DNA of 64,000 bases from an uncultured Gemmatimonadales bacterium (lineage in GTDB: Bacteria > Gemmatimonadota > Gemmatimonadetes > Gemmatimonadales > GWC2-71-9), in the NCBI GenBank assembly GCA_963771275.1, contig CAVYSW010000005.1:64001-128000 (forward strand), written 5' to 3'. The notes beneath the pieces were generated by a model that was given only the letters and a program-made list of their open reading frames with translations, was not told where the DNA came from and did not search any database. Each line of letters starts with the position of its first letter. The stretch's first letter is position 1. The position numbers and the translations under genes were made by a program. Shown in pieces: positions 15,876 through 25,701 of this stretch.

Positions 15876-18800
15876 ATGAGACTGCCAGCCCGTGTCCGCT
15901 GCGCCACGCTGATCGTCCTCCTGTCCGCCGGTGCCACCGTCGCCTCGGCCCAGCAGCCTCCGGCCTCGAGCCTGTTCGCCGAGCTGCACTGGCGGTCGGT
16001 CGGGCCGTTCCGCGGCGGCCGCACCAAGGCCATCACCGGTGTCCCGGGCCAGCCGCACGTGTTCTACGTGGGCGTGGTGAACGGCGGCGTCTGGAAGACC
16101 ACCGACGCGGGCCGCACCTGGCAGCCGATCTTCGACGATCAACCCAGCGGCTCGATCGGCGACATCGCGGTAGCGCCCTCGGATCCGAACGTCGTCTACG
16201 TGACGAGCGGCGAGGGGCTGCACCGGCCCGATCTTTCCACCGGCGACGGCGTCTACAAGTCCACCGATGCCGGTCGGACGTGGACCCACCTCGGCCTGCG
16301 CGACGGGCAGCAGATCCCGCGCGTGGCGGTGGATCCGCGCGACCCCGGCCGGCTGTTCGTCGCCGTGCTCGGGCACCCGTACGGGCCCAACGCCGAGCGC
16401 GGGCTGTATCGCTCGACCGACGGCGGGCGCTCGTTCGAGCGGGTGCTCTACCGCGATGAGAACACCGGCGCCTCGGACGTCGAGATCGATCCCCAGAACC
16501 CGGACGTCGTGTACGCCTGTCTGTGGGAAGCGCGCGAGGGCCCCTGGGAGAATGCGGCCTGGGCGGGAACGGGCGGGGGGATCTTCAAGTCGACCGACGG
16601 CGGCACCACCTGGCGCCAGCTGACCGGCGGCCTGCCGGCGGGCGAGAACGGCGTGGTGCAGGCGGACGTCGCGATCGCGCCCAGCAACCCCGCGCGGCTG
16701 TACGCCTCGGTCGCGATGGGGCGCGCCGTCGGCATCTTCCGCTCGGACGACGCCGGGGCACAGTGGACGAGGATCACCGAGGACGCCCGGCCCGCCACGC
16801 GGATCGGCGGAGGCGACCTCCCGGTGCCGATCGTGGACCCCAAGAACGCGGACGTGGTCTACAGCGCGAGTATCGTGACCTGGAAATCCACCGACGGCGG
16901 CCGGACCTGGACCGGCATCCGCGGCGCGCCGGGCGGTGACGACTACCAGCGCCTGTGGATCAACCCCGACGACCCGGCGATCATCGCCGCCGCGGCCGAC
17001 CAGGGGGTGATCGTCACGCTGAATGGCGGCGCAACCTGGAGCTCGTGGTACAACCAGCCCACCGCCCAGCTGTATCACGTGGCGGCCGACAACGCGTTCC
17101 CGTATCGGCTGTACAGCGGTCAGCAGGAGAGCGGCTCCGTGGGCATCGCGAGCCGCGGCAACGACGGCCAGATCACGTTCCGCGAGTGGCATCCCGTGGG
17201 GGTCGACGAGTACGGCTACGCGGCGCCCGACCCGCTCGATCCCGCCGTCGTCTACGGCGGCCGCGGCGTGTCGCGCTACGACCGGCGCACCGGCCAGGTG
17301 GCGCTGGTGGGGCCCGCGTCCGCGGGCGGCGTCGCGGTGCGTACGCTGCGCACGGCCCCGGTGCTGTTTTCGCCCGTCGATCCGCGCGTGCTGTACTTCG
17401 CCGGCAACATGTTGTGGAAGACGACCGACGGCGGCGCGCACTGGGAGCAGATCAGCCCCGACCTGAGCCGCGAGACGTGGGACGTGCCCGCGAGCGTGGG
17501 GAAGTACCGCGACGAGCAGTCCGCGCAGCCGACGCGGCGCGGCGTGATCTACACCGTGGCCCCGTCGTACGTGGACGCGGGCACGATCTGGGCCGGCACC
17601 GACGACGGGTTGATTCACGTGACGCATGACGGCGGGGCCACGTGGCAGAACGTGACGCCGGCCGCGCTCCAGCCGTGGGCCAAGGTGTCGCTGATGGACG
17701 CCGGTCACGGCGACGTCATGACGGCCTATGCGGCGGTCAACACGCTCCGGCTGGACGATCTCACGCCCTATATCTACCGGACGCACGACGGCGGCAGGAC
17801 GTGGCAGCGGATCACCACCGGCATCCCCGACGGCGAGACGATCAACGCGGTGCGGGAGGATCCCGCGCGCCACGGCCTGCTGTTCGCCGGCAGCGAGCGC
17901 GCGACCTACGTGTCGTTTGACGACGGCGATCACTGGCAGTCGCTGCGGCGCAACATGCCGGCCACCTCCGTGCGCGATCTGATCGTCAAGGACAACGATC
18001 TCGTGGTGGCGACGCATGGCCGGGGGTTCTGGATCCTCGACGACATCACGCCGCTGCGCCAGCTGAGCGCCGCGGTCACGGCGGCCGACGCCCACCTGTT
18101 CGCCCCGGCCGCGGCGACGCGCGTGCGGTGGAACATGAACACCGACACGCCGCTCCCGCCCGACGAGCCGGCGGGCGAGAACCCGCCCGACGGGGCGGTG
18201 CTCGACTACTGGCTCAAGGGCGACCAGGCCGGGCCCGTGACCCTCGAGATCCTCGATGGCGCCGGGGCGCTCGTCCGCCGCTACGCCAGCACCGACCCGG
18301 TGGAGCCGATCGACCCGAACCTCGCCGTGCCGACGTACTGGGTGCGGCCGCCCCAGCGTCTCTCGGCGCGCGCCGGCCTGCACCGGTTCGTGTGGGATCT
18401 GCACTACACGCCGCTCGCGGGCGGCCGTGGCCTGCCGATCGCCGCGATCGCGCACAACACGGTCCCCACGCCCAACGCGCCGTGGGTCGTGCCCGGCGGC
18501 TACACCGTGAAGCTCACGGTGGGCGGCAGGAGCTACACGCAACCGCTCCGGGTACGGATCGACCCGCGTGTCACGACCCCGGAGGCGGGCATCGCGCAGC
18601 AGTTCGCGCTCTCGAAGGAGATGTACGATGGCATAGTCGCGGTGAACGACGCGCTCGCCCGGCTCCGCGAGGTCCGCGCGCAGGTCAAGGACCGGCTGGG
18701 GCGCGCGCCGCAGGGAGCGCTCACGGACTCGCTGCAGGCGTTCGACGCGCGGGCGCAGGCGCTCGAGGGCGCCAGTGGCGGGTTCGGGCGGGGTGGGGGA

Positions 18801-19046
18801 CCGGGCGGCGGGGGCGACGGTGAGACGCTGGGAGGCGCGAGTCGGGGGATGAGCCAGCTCATGGGGCGGCTCCAGGCGGCGGACGTCACACCGATGGCGC
18901 GGCTGGTAGACGCGGTGACCGCGCAGCGACCGGTGACGGCGAAGGTGGTGGCGCGCTGGACGGCACTCCAGAGCCAAGACCTCGCGGCGCTCAACCGGCA
19001 GCTGCAGGCAGCGGGCGTGCCGGTGATCGTGGTGACGTCCCGGTGA
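15876..19046 (+). CDS. Secreted VPS10/sortilin-like BNR-repeat protein (glycosyl hydrolase-like)
   Basis: Signal peptide, WRSVGPFRGGR, many Asp-box repeats (KSTDAGRTW, RSTDGGRSF, KTTDGGAHW), ATHGRGFWILDD; GGAGG RBS. Confidence 0.88.
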   Translation: MRLPARVRCATLIVLLSAGATVASAQQPPASSLFAELHWRSVGPFRGGRTKAITGVPGQPHVFYVGVVNGGVWKTTDAGRTWQPIFDDQPSGSIGDIAVAPSDPNVVYVTSGEGLHRPDLSTGDGVYKSTDAGRTWTHLGLRDGQQIPRVAVDPRDPGRLFVAVLGHPYGPNAERGLYRSTDGGRSFERVLYRDENTGASDVEIDPQNPDVVYACLWEAREGPWENAAWAGTGGGIFKSTDGGTTWRQLTGGLPAGENGVVQADVAIAPSNPARLYASVAMGRAVGIFRSDDAGAQWTRITEDARPATRIGGGDLPVPIVDPKNADVVYSASIVTWKSTDGGRTWTGIRGAPGGDDYQRLWINPDDPAIIAAAADQGVIVTLNGGATWSSWYNQPTAQLYHVAADNAFPYRLYSGQQESGSVGIASRGNDGQITFREWHPVGVDEYGYAAPDPLDPAVVYGGRGVSRYDRRTGQVALVGPASAGGVAVRTLRTAPVLFSPVDPRVLYFAGNMLWKTTDGGAHWEQISPDLSRETWDVPASVGKYRDEQSAQPTRRGVIYTVAPSYVDAGTIWAGTDDGLIHVTHDGGATWQNVTPAALQPWAKVSLMDAGHGDVMTAYAAVNTLRLDDLTPYIYRTHDGGRTWQRITTGIPDGETINAVREDPARHGLLFAGSERATYVSFDDGDHWQSLRRNMPATSVRDLIVKDNDLVVATHGRGFWILDDITPLRQLSAAVTAADAHLFAPAAATRVRWNMNTDTPLPPDEPAGENPPDGAVLDYWLKGDQAGPVTLEILDGAGALVRRYASTDPVEPIDPNLAVPTYWVRPPQRLSARAGLHRFVWDLHYTPLAGGRGLPIAAIAHNTVPTPNAPWVVPGGYTVKLTVGGRSYTQPLRVRIDPRVTTPEAGIAQQFALSKEMYDGIVAVNDALARLREVRAQVKDRLGRAPQGALTDSLQAFDARAQALEGASGGFGRGGGPGGGGDGETLGGASRGMSQLMGRLQAADVTPMARLVDAVTAQRPVTAKVVARWTALQSQDLAALNRQLQAAGVPVIVVTSR

Positions 19047-19783
19047 AGGCGGGGGACGAACGACCGCCCGCGCCGCGGTCGCGCATCCCGAACGCGATCC
19101 TCACCGGGCAGACCGACGGGCATCTCTGCGCACCCGGGAACGCCGAGGCGCTCGGCGTGCGCGTGCACCGCGAGGCGCTCGAGCCGTTCCGCCGGCTGCA
19201 GCGGGAAGCGCGGACGGCGGGGTTCGACCTCCGGATTCTCAGCGGGTTCCGGAGCTTCGAGGAACAGCTCGCGATCTGGAATGGTAAGGCCACGGGCAAG
19301 CGCGCCGTGCTGGACAGCGCCGCGGTGCCCCTGGACATCACGCGGTTGAGCGAGCGGGAGCTCGTGTTCGCGATGCTCCGCTGGTCCGCTCTGCCGGGGG
19401 CCTCGCGGCATCATTGGGGCACGGACCTGGACGTGTACGATTAGGCCGCCCGGCCGGACGGATACGAGATCGAGCTGATTCCCGAGGAGGTGAACGCGGG
19501 CGGCATGTTCGGTCCCCTGCACGAATGGCTGGATGCGCGGATCGCCGCCGGCACGTCCTGTGGGTTCGCTCGGCCGTATGACGTGGATCGGGGCGGGGTG
19601 GCGCCGGAGCGGTGGCATGTGAGCTATGGGCCCGTTGCCAGCACCTATCAGCGGCAGCTCACGATCGAGGTGCTCCGCGCCACCGTCGAACGGGCGGCCA
19701 TCGCGCTCCAGGACGGCGTGCTCCGGAACCTGGATGAGATCTACGAACGCTTCGTCGTCAACACGAACAGGACGTTTGCATGA
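19043..19783 (+). pseudogene. M15 family D-Ala-D-Ala carboxypeptidase with a single in-frame TAG at 19442-19444
   Basis: SGFRSFEEQ, PGASRHHWGTDLD, then TAG; the same frame resumes AARPDGYEIEL..GFARPY..GVAPERWH. Confidence 0.8.
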
Positions 19784-20508
19784 CCCTGCGTCCGCGCCAG
19801 CAACAGGGGACCATCCTCTGGGATCCCGATACGTATGGCCGTTCCCACCTGGGGCTCCCGCTCGAAGTCTGGCGCCCCACCGGTCCCTGCACGCTGCTGA
19901 TGTTCGCGGCCATCCACGGCGAGGAGGCGGAGACCACCGGCGTGCTGTCGCGGGCGTTGCGCCATCTGTCGACGCCCTCCCCGCACTGCGCGGTGGTCCT
20001 CGCCGCCAATCCGGACGGTCTGATCCGCGGAACGCGGGGCAACGCGCGCGGCGTCGAGCTCAACCGCAACTTCCCGACCACGGACTGGCAGCCGGACCCC
20101 GTGGCGCACCGCGCCACGCTGGATCAGCCGCGCGACGTGCTGCTGAGCCCGGGAGCGCGGCCGGCCTCCGAGCCGGAGACGCGGGCCCTCATCGCGCTCA
20201 TCAGCGCCCTCGCGCCCAGGATCGTGATTGCCCTCCACGCCCCATTGGCGTGCATCGATGACCGGAACGAGAGTCCCCTGGGCCGGTGGCTGGCCGGGCA
20301 GACCGGCATGCCGCTGGTGACGGACGTGGGCTATCCCACGCCCGGCTCGTTCGGTACGTGGGGCGCCGAGCACGGCGTCCCGGTGATCACGTACGAGCTC
20401 CCGCTGGCGTCTCCGGATGCGCTGGCCCATGAGCACGTCCCCGCGCTGGTGGACCTGCTCACCAGGGCCGATCTCGTGAGCGCGCCCCCCCTCGCGCGCC
20501 CGTCGTAA
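19780..20508 (+). CDS. mpaA: Murein peptide amidase A (M14 zinc peptidase)
   Basis: IHGEE, NPDG, NARGVELNRNFP, SEPET, VGYPTPGSFGTW, ITYELP. Confidence 0.85.
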   Translation: MTLRPRQQQGTILWDPDTYGRSHLGLPLEVWRPTGPCTLLMFAAIHGEEAETTGVLSRALRHLSTPSPHCAVVLAANPDGLIRGTRGNARGVELNRNFPTTDWQPDPVAHRATLDQPRDVLLSPGARPASEPETRALIALISALAPRIVIALHAPLACIDDRNESPLGRWLAGQTGMPLVTDVGYPTPGSFGTWGAEHGVPVITYELPLASPDALAHEHVPALVDLLTRADLVSAPPLARPS

Positions 20509-20538
20509 CCCCGGCCGCCCGCCACGGGCTGAGTGCTC

Positions 20539-21771
20539 ATGGTCCTCAACATCATCTGGGTCGCGTTCTTTCTGATCGCCCTGATCGTGGGACTGGTGCG
20601 GCTGATCTTCCTCCACGACACCGAGATCTTCACGACCATGGTCAACAGCACGTTCGACATGGCCAAGACCGCGTTCGAGATCTCGCTCGGGCTGACGGGC
20701 GTGCTCACGCTGTGGCTGGGACTGATGCGGGTCGGCGAGCAGGGCGGGGCGGTGGATGTGCTGGCGAAGCTGGTGCGGCCGTTCTTCCGCCGGCTGTTCC
20801 CGGAGGTCCCCCCGGATCACCCCGCGCACGGGTCCATCATCATGAACTTCGCCGCCAACATGCTCGGCCTCGACAACGCGGCGACCCCGCTCGGTCTCAA
20901 GGCCATGCAGGAGCTGCAGGAGCTGAATCCCGACAAGGACACCGCTTCGAACGCTCAGATCATGTTTCTCGTCCTCAATACGTCGGGCCTCACGCTCATT
21001 CCCATCAGTATCATGGTCTACCGCGCCCAACTCGGCGCCGCCAATCCGTCCGACGTCTTTCTCCCCATTCTGTTGGCCACGTTCTTCTCGACGATGGCCG
21101 GGCTGATCGCGGTCGCCGTGGTCCAGCGCATCAACCTGTTCGACCGGGTGCTGCTGGCCTATCTCCTCGGCGTGACGGGCCTTGTCGCCGCGATCATCCT
21201 CTTCTTCTCCCGGCTTCCCGAGGAGCGCATTCAGACGATCTCGAATGTCGTCGCCAACGTGGTGCTGTTCGGCGTCATCGCCGCCTTCATCACGATGGCC
21301 ATGCTGCGCCGGGTGAACGTCTACGAGGCGTTCATCGAAGGCGCCAAGGAGGGGTTCAGCGTCGTCATCAAGATCATCCCCTATCTCGTGGCCATCCTCG
21401 TGGCCATCGGCGTGTTCCGCGCCTCGGGGGCGATGGACTACCTGGTCGCGGGGATCGGCAGGGCGGTTGCCGCGCTCGGCATCAACGCGGACTTCGTCGC
21501 GGCGCTCCCCACGGCCCTGATGAAGCCGCTGAGCGGGAGCGGGGCGCGGGGCATGATGGTCGACACGATGAAGACGTACGGGGCGGATTCGTTCGCCGGC
21601 CGGCTGGCGTCGACGTTCCAGGGGGCCAGCGACACGACGTTCTACATCATCGCGCTGTATTTCGGGTCGGTCTCGGTACGCAAGACCCGGCATGCCGTGA
21701 CCTGCGGCTTGATCGCGGACCTCGCCGGCGTCGTCGCCGCCATTTTCATCGCGTACCTGTTCTTCCACTGA
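20539..21771 (+). CDS. SpmA-SpmB fusion / nucleoside recognition (Gate) domain membrane protein
   Basis: MVLNIIW, ANMLGLDNAATPLGLKAM, FIEGAKEGF, KPLSGSGARG, DTTFYIIALYFGSV. Confidence 0.9.
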   Translation: MVLNIIWVAFFLIALIVGLVRLIFLHDTEIFTTMVNSTFDMAKTAFEISLGLTGVLTLWLGLMRVGEQGGAVDVLAKLVRPFFRRLFPEVPPDHPAHGSIIMNFAANMLGLDNAATPLGLKAMQELQELNPDKDTASNAQIMFLVLNTSGLTLIPISIMVYRAQLGAANPSDVFLPILLATFFSTMAGLIAVAVVQRINLFDRVLLAYLLGVTGLVAAIILFFSRLPEERIQTISNVVANVVLFGVIAAFITMAMLRRVNVYEAFIEGAKEGFSVVIKIIPYLVAILVAIGVFRASGAMDYLVAGIGRAVAALGINADFVAALPTALMKPLSGSGARGMMVDTMKTYGADSFAGRLASTFQGASDTTFYIIALYFGSVSVRKTRHAVTCGLIADLAGVVAAIFIAYLFFH

Positions 21772-21859
21772 GCGCACGCACGCCGAACGCGAGCGACGGG
21801 ACAAGGGCTCTGCCGCCCGGCTGCCCGTCTTCGCGTCCTGAGCAGGCGCGGCGCCGGTC

Positions 21860-21890
21860 TTGACGAACCGTGTACTAAGTAGTACATACT
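21860..21890 (+). promoter_or_regulatory. Promoter with overlapping inverted-repeat operator upstream of the XRE gene
   Basis: TTGACG at 21860; TGTACTA-AG-TAGTACA at 21871-21886; -10-like TACATA/CATACT a few nt before ATG 21897; no RBS. Confidence 0.65.
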
Positions 21891-21896
21891 ACACAC

Positions 21897-22253
21897 ATGC
21901 CGAAAGGGTTCGGAGACTTCGTCCGGAAGCGCCGCGAGGCGCTACGCCAGCGGGATGAGCGCTTCTCGGTCCGCCAGGTCGCGCAGCGGATCGGGGTCGA
22001 GCCCTCGTTCCTCAGCAAGGTCGAGCGGGGCGACGTCCCGCCGCCCTCGGAGGCCAAGGTGGTCGCCCTGGCGCGGGAGCTGGGAGAGGATCCGGACGTG
22101 CTGCTGGCCCTGGCCGGTAAGGTGTCGTCCGACCTCCAGGCGGCGATTCGCAAGCGCCCCGAGCTGTTCGGCTCGCTGCTCAGAGAGTTGCAGGACATGC
22201 CGGATCACGCCGTGCTGCGGCTCGTGCGCGAGGTGCGGGACGGGAAGTGGTAG
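21897..22253 (+). CDS. XRE family HTH transcriptional regulator
   Basis: FGDFVRKRR..SVRQVAQRIGVEPSFLSKVERG..PPSE. Confidence 0.9.
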   Translation: MPKGFGDFVRKRREALRQRDERFSVRQVAQRIGVEPSFLSKVERGDVPPPSEAKVVALARELGEDPDVLLALAGKVSSDLQAAIRKRPELFGSLLRELQDMPDHAVLRLVREVRDGKW

Positions 22254-22269
22254 CCCGAGGAGGCACACC

Positions 22270-23268
22270 ATGATCGAGCTCAAGAACGACCAGCTGGTCT
22301 TCCGCTTCGCGGACGTGCACCCGGACGCACGCCTCACAATCGAGTTCCAGCGCACCCTCCGCATTCCGGACGACGACCGCACGTACCCGCTGCCCCCCGG
22401 ACTCGGCCGGTTCCCGATCCGGCACGTGGACGACTGCGCCGCGAACGTGCCCGAGCCCTGGATCGAGCACGGCGGCGTGATGCTGCCGATGTATCAGTCG
22501 GAAGCCCTCTGGGTGAACTTCCGCAGCCGCTATCCGTTCGCGGTGCGGGTCGCGACCGGGAAGATCGACGCCGTAACCGGCAAGTCGCTCCGTCCGGGAC
22601 TCGGCCGCGACCCGCAGAACTACCTCGCGATCCCCGAGCAGCCATGGCTCGACGGCTACTGCGTCAAGCGGGGCGAGATCCGCCAGTTCGTCGCCATGCC
22701 GCTCGGCGCGGGCTACAGCGCTGAGGAGCAGATCACCGGCGCGGCCGAATACGGCGGGCTCCAGCTCGTCGCGTTCCCGATGAAGGCGAAGATGTATGAG
22801 CGGCTGCGACGGGACACAGCGGGGGTGGTGCTCGGCCGCGGCGAGTTCACCAAGGTGTTCGCGATGGCCGCGCCGGGGATGGGGCTCGCTCCCGGCGGCC
22901 GCATGCGCCAGGAGATCTTCGACGACCCGCACCACCTCGAGGACTGGGATCAGGACCACTCGAGCCGCTGCTTCGTGCACCTGGCGAACTCCTTCCTGTG
23001 GCGGCAGATCACCGGCGAGGTCCCGCCAACCGTTCCACCGACGTCCAGGGAGTATGCCAAGGCGGGGCTGCCGTGGTTCGAGTACTACGACGACCAGCTG
23101 GAAGCCGTGGGCGGGTCGGGCATCCTCGAGAAGCTCAAGAGCGTGATGGCGATGGGACTGGAGAAGGGGGGCATGCCGCTCCCCGAGAACGCGCCGGTGG
23201 ACGCGACGCCGATCGTGGTGCTTCGCAAAGGGCTGGCGCAGGGGCAGGTGCGCGAGGGGACGTTCTAG
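22270..23268 (+). CDS. Conserved hypothetical protein
   Basis: FQRTLRIPDD..LPPGLGRFP, LPMYQSEALW, QPWLDG, RQFVAMPLGAGYSAEEQITG, MGLAPGGRMRQEI, YAKAGLPWFEYYD; GAGGAGG RBS. Confidence 0.85.
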   Translation: MIELKNDQLVFRFADVHPDARLTIEFQRTLRIPDDDRTYPLPPGLGRFPIRHVDDCAANVPEPWIEHGGVMLPMYQSEALWVNFRSRYPFAVRVATGKIDAVTGKSLRPGLGRDPQNYLAIPEQPWLDGYCVKRGEIRQFVAMPLGAGYSAEEQITGAAEYGGLQLVAFPMKAKMYERLRRDTAGVVLGRGEFTKVFAMAAPGMGLAPGGRMRQEIFDDPHHLEDWDQDHSSRCFVHLANSFLWRQITGEVPPTVPPTSREYAKAGLPWFEYYDDQLEAVGGSGILEKLKSVMAMGLEKGGMPLPENAPVDATPIVVLRKGLAQGQVREGTF

Positions 23269-23397
23269 CCGCGCCCATCCTCTGGCGGCGACACACGGGA
23301 CGAGTATATCCATGACCGTCCCGCGTTCCGTCGAGCCCGGCACGTGCCGCGGCGCCGGTGCGCACTTGCCGTCGGAATCTCGCCGGAGGGGTTCCCC

Positions 23398-24369
23398 ATG
23401 ACGCAGCGCCACCTCACGCGGATCCCGGTCGTGCTTGTCGGGATGCTCGTTGTTGCTCCACCACTCATGGGGCAGGCTCCCACCAAGCTCGAGCAGATCC
23501 CGATCTTCGCGGGGGCCAGCCGCCAGGCCGGCCGCGAGGCCGAGGAAACGTCGCCCACGGAGGCGCCGGGCATGTACGGCGATCGAGCCTTGACGTCGAG
23601 CACGGTGCGCGTGTACCGCGTGGCGGCGGCGCTGGAAGAGGTCGCGCGGTTCTACCAGCAGCGCCTCGCCGCGCGCGAGATCCCGCCCGACGCCGATTGG
23701 GACCAGGTCGACCCGGAGAACGTCGCCGCCGGTCGGGTGTCCCCGGTGTTGTGCGCGTTCGAGCCGGTCGACATGAGTGGCGCGGATGACCCGGCGGCGC
23801 TCCGTGCCGCGTACGCCAAGGCGCGCCAGCCGTTCCGCGCCGGCCGGTGGCTTGCCGGCGCGGATTGCCGGTGGACGAGCCGCGAGTCGGCGAGCGACCA
23901 CACCGAGCTCAGCGTCGAGCTCCAGGACACTGAGGCGTTCGAGATCACCACGCCCGAGTACCACCACGAGACCGAGATCATCATCCGAGTGCGGATGTGG
24001 GGCGCCCCCGGCGCGGTGGCGGAGGAAGAGGAGCCGCAGGCCGTCCCGCCGATGGCGGCCCCCACCGAGGCACAGCTCGGCGTGCCACTCTACCCGGGCG
24101 CGCGGTTCGACGGCACGATCTCGGCAGGCATGTCGGCTGCTGACGAAGAGGGTGTCTACTACGTGTTTGCCTCGGCGGATCCGGTGGCGAAGGTGGCGGC
24201 GTTCTACGAGCAGCGCACCGGCAGGAAGGGCACGGCGACCGAGGCGGGTGTGCTGATCGTGGTCCAGGGCGAGGGGCTGTTCCCCGACCTCGGCGTTACG
24301 ATCCAGCCCAACGTGGGGACGTTCCCGGCCCCGGCGCAGAGCATGATCACGGTGCGCCGGCGGCGGTAG
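23398..24369 (+). CDS. Secreted hypothetical protein with an internally duplicated small domain
   Basis: Signal peptide; IPIFAGA..LEEVARFYQQRL repeated as VPLYPGA..VAKVAAFYEQRT. Confidence 0.7.
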   Translation: MTQRHLTRIPVVLVGMLVVAPPLMGQAPTKLEQIPIFAGASRQAGREAEETSPTEAPGMYGDRALTSSTVRVYRVAAALEEVARFYQQRLAAREIPPDADWDQVDPENVAAGRVSPVLCAFEPVDMSGADDPAALRAAYAKARQPFRAGRWLAGADCRWTSRESASDHTELSVELQDTEAFEITTPEYHHETEIIIRVRMWGAPGAVAEEEEPQAVPPMAAPTEAQLGVPLYPGARFDGTISAGMSAADEEGVYYVFASADPVAKVAAFYEQRTGRKGTATEAGVLIVVQGEGLFPDLGVTIQPNVGTFPAPAQSMITVRRRR

Positions 24370-24384
24370 ACGCTGCCATCCGGC

Positions 24385-25701
24385 ATGACCACACCGATTC
24401 CACCCACCGCCGAGGCGGGGCTGGTGCGCGCCCTGGGCGTGCGCCAGATGGCCGCCGCCATCTTCAACTACACCGTGGCGAGCGGCATCTTCGCGCTCCC
24501 GGCGCTGGCCTACGGGCGGCTCGGCGCCGCCGCGCCGCTCGGGTACCTGGCCACCGTGGTGGTGATGGCGCTGGTCGTCCTGTGCATCGCCGCGGCGGGA
24601 AGCCGCGTCGCGATCACCGGCGGGCCGTACGCCTACGTCGAGGTGGCGCTCGGGTCGTTCGTCGGGCTGCTGGCCGGCGCGCTGCTCTGGGCCACGGACA
24701 TCGCCGCCACCGCCGCGGTCGCCAACCTGTTCGCGGGTTCGGTGGTCGCGCTGTCCGGCGGCACGGGCTCGGCCGTCGCGGTGTCGACTCTGATCGTGGC
24801 GATCTTCCTGGCACTGGCCTGGCTCAACGTGCGCGGTGTGCGCACCGGTGCGCGCGTGATCGAGCTTGCGACGGTGGCGAAGCTCGTCCCGCTGCTGCTG
24901 TTCGTTGCGGTGGGCGCGTTCTTCGTGCACCCCGCGCACTTCCGGCTCGACCGCGCCGTGAGCGTGGGGGACGTGTCGCGCACGGTGGGCGTCCTGGTGT
25001 TCGCCTTCGCCGGCATCGAGGCGGCGCTCACGCCGAGCGGTGAGATCCGCAATCCGGCGCGCACCGTGCCGCGCGCCGCGCTGCTCGCGCTGGGCGGGGC
25101 GGCGCTGCTCTACCTGCTGGTGCAGGGGGTGGCGCAGGGCGTGCTCGGGCCGCAGCTCGCCGCGGATCGCGTCACCCCGCTCGCGACGGCGGCGGGTGCG
25201 TTCGCGGGCACCACCGGCCGCACGGTGATCCTGGTGGGCGCCGCCATCTCGATGTTCGGCTATCTCACCGGCGCGATCCTGGCCGCCCCCCGCACGATGT
25301 TCGCCTTCGGGCGGGACGGGTTCCTGCCGCGCGCCCTCGCGGCCGTCCATCCGCGGTTCCACACGCCGCACGTCGCGATCATCGCCTACACCGTGCTGGC
25401 CACCGCGCTGGCGCTGAGCGGCACGTTCGAGCAGCTCGCGATTCTCGCCAACTCCACGGTCCTGCTCCTCTACTTCCTGTGCGCCATCGCGGCGGCGGTG
25501 CTGCAGCGCCGCGACCTGCGCGCGGGCGGCGAGCCGTTTCGGCTCCCGGCGGGCGTGCTGCTCCCCGTGCTCGCCTGCCTGGCGGTCGCGTGGATCTTCG
25601 CGCGCACGGTCTCGGCGCGCGAGCTGCTGGCGGTCGCGATCGTGATCGCCGTGGTCGCGATCGCGTGGGGGATCCGCGCGCGGCGCGGCGCGCCGCGCTA
25701 A
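24385..25701 (+). CDS. APC family amino acid permease
   Basis: About 12 TM segments, SGIFALP, GGPYAYV, FAFAGIE, EIRNPARTVPRA, VHPRFHTPHVAI. Confidence 0.92.
   Translation: MTTPIPPTAEAGLVRALGVRQMAAAIFNYTVASGIFALPALAYGRLGAAAPLGYLATVVVMALVVLCIAAAGSRVAITGGPYAYVEVALGSFVGLLAGALLWATDIAATAAVANLFAGSVVALSGGTGSAVAVSTLIVAIFLALAWLNVRGVRTGARVIELATVAKLVPLLLFVAVGAFFVHPAHFRLDRAVSVGDVSRTVGVLVFAFAGIEAALTPSGEIRNPARTVPRAALLALGGAALLYLLVQGVAQGVLGPQLAADRVTPLATAAGAFAGTTGRTVILVGAAISMFGYLTGAILAAPRTMFAFGRDGFLPRALAAVHPRFHTPHVAIIAYTVLATALALSGTFEQLAILANSTVLLLYFLCAIAAAVLQRRDLRAGGEPFRLPAGVLLPVLACLAVAWIFARTVSARELLAVAIVIAVVAIAWGIRARRGAPR

Noticed and set aside
19442..19444. Pyrrolysine or genetic-code reassignment at the in-frame TAG
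   Set aside because: Many genes in the window end normally at TAG and no pyl genes are visible; a point mutation or error is simpler.
20539..21771. SpmAB as evidence of sporulation
   Set aside because: Fused SpmA-SpmB proteins are common in non-sporulating bacteria; the context here is peptidoglycan turnover.
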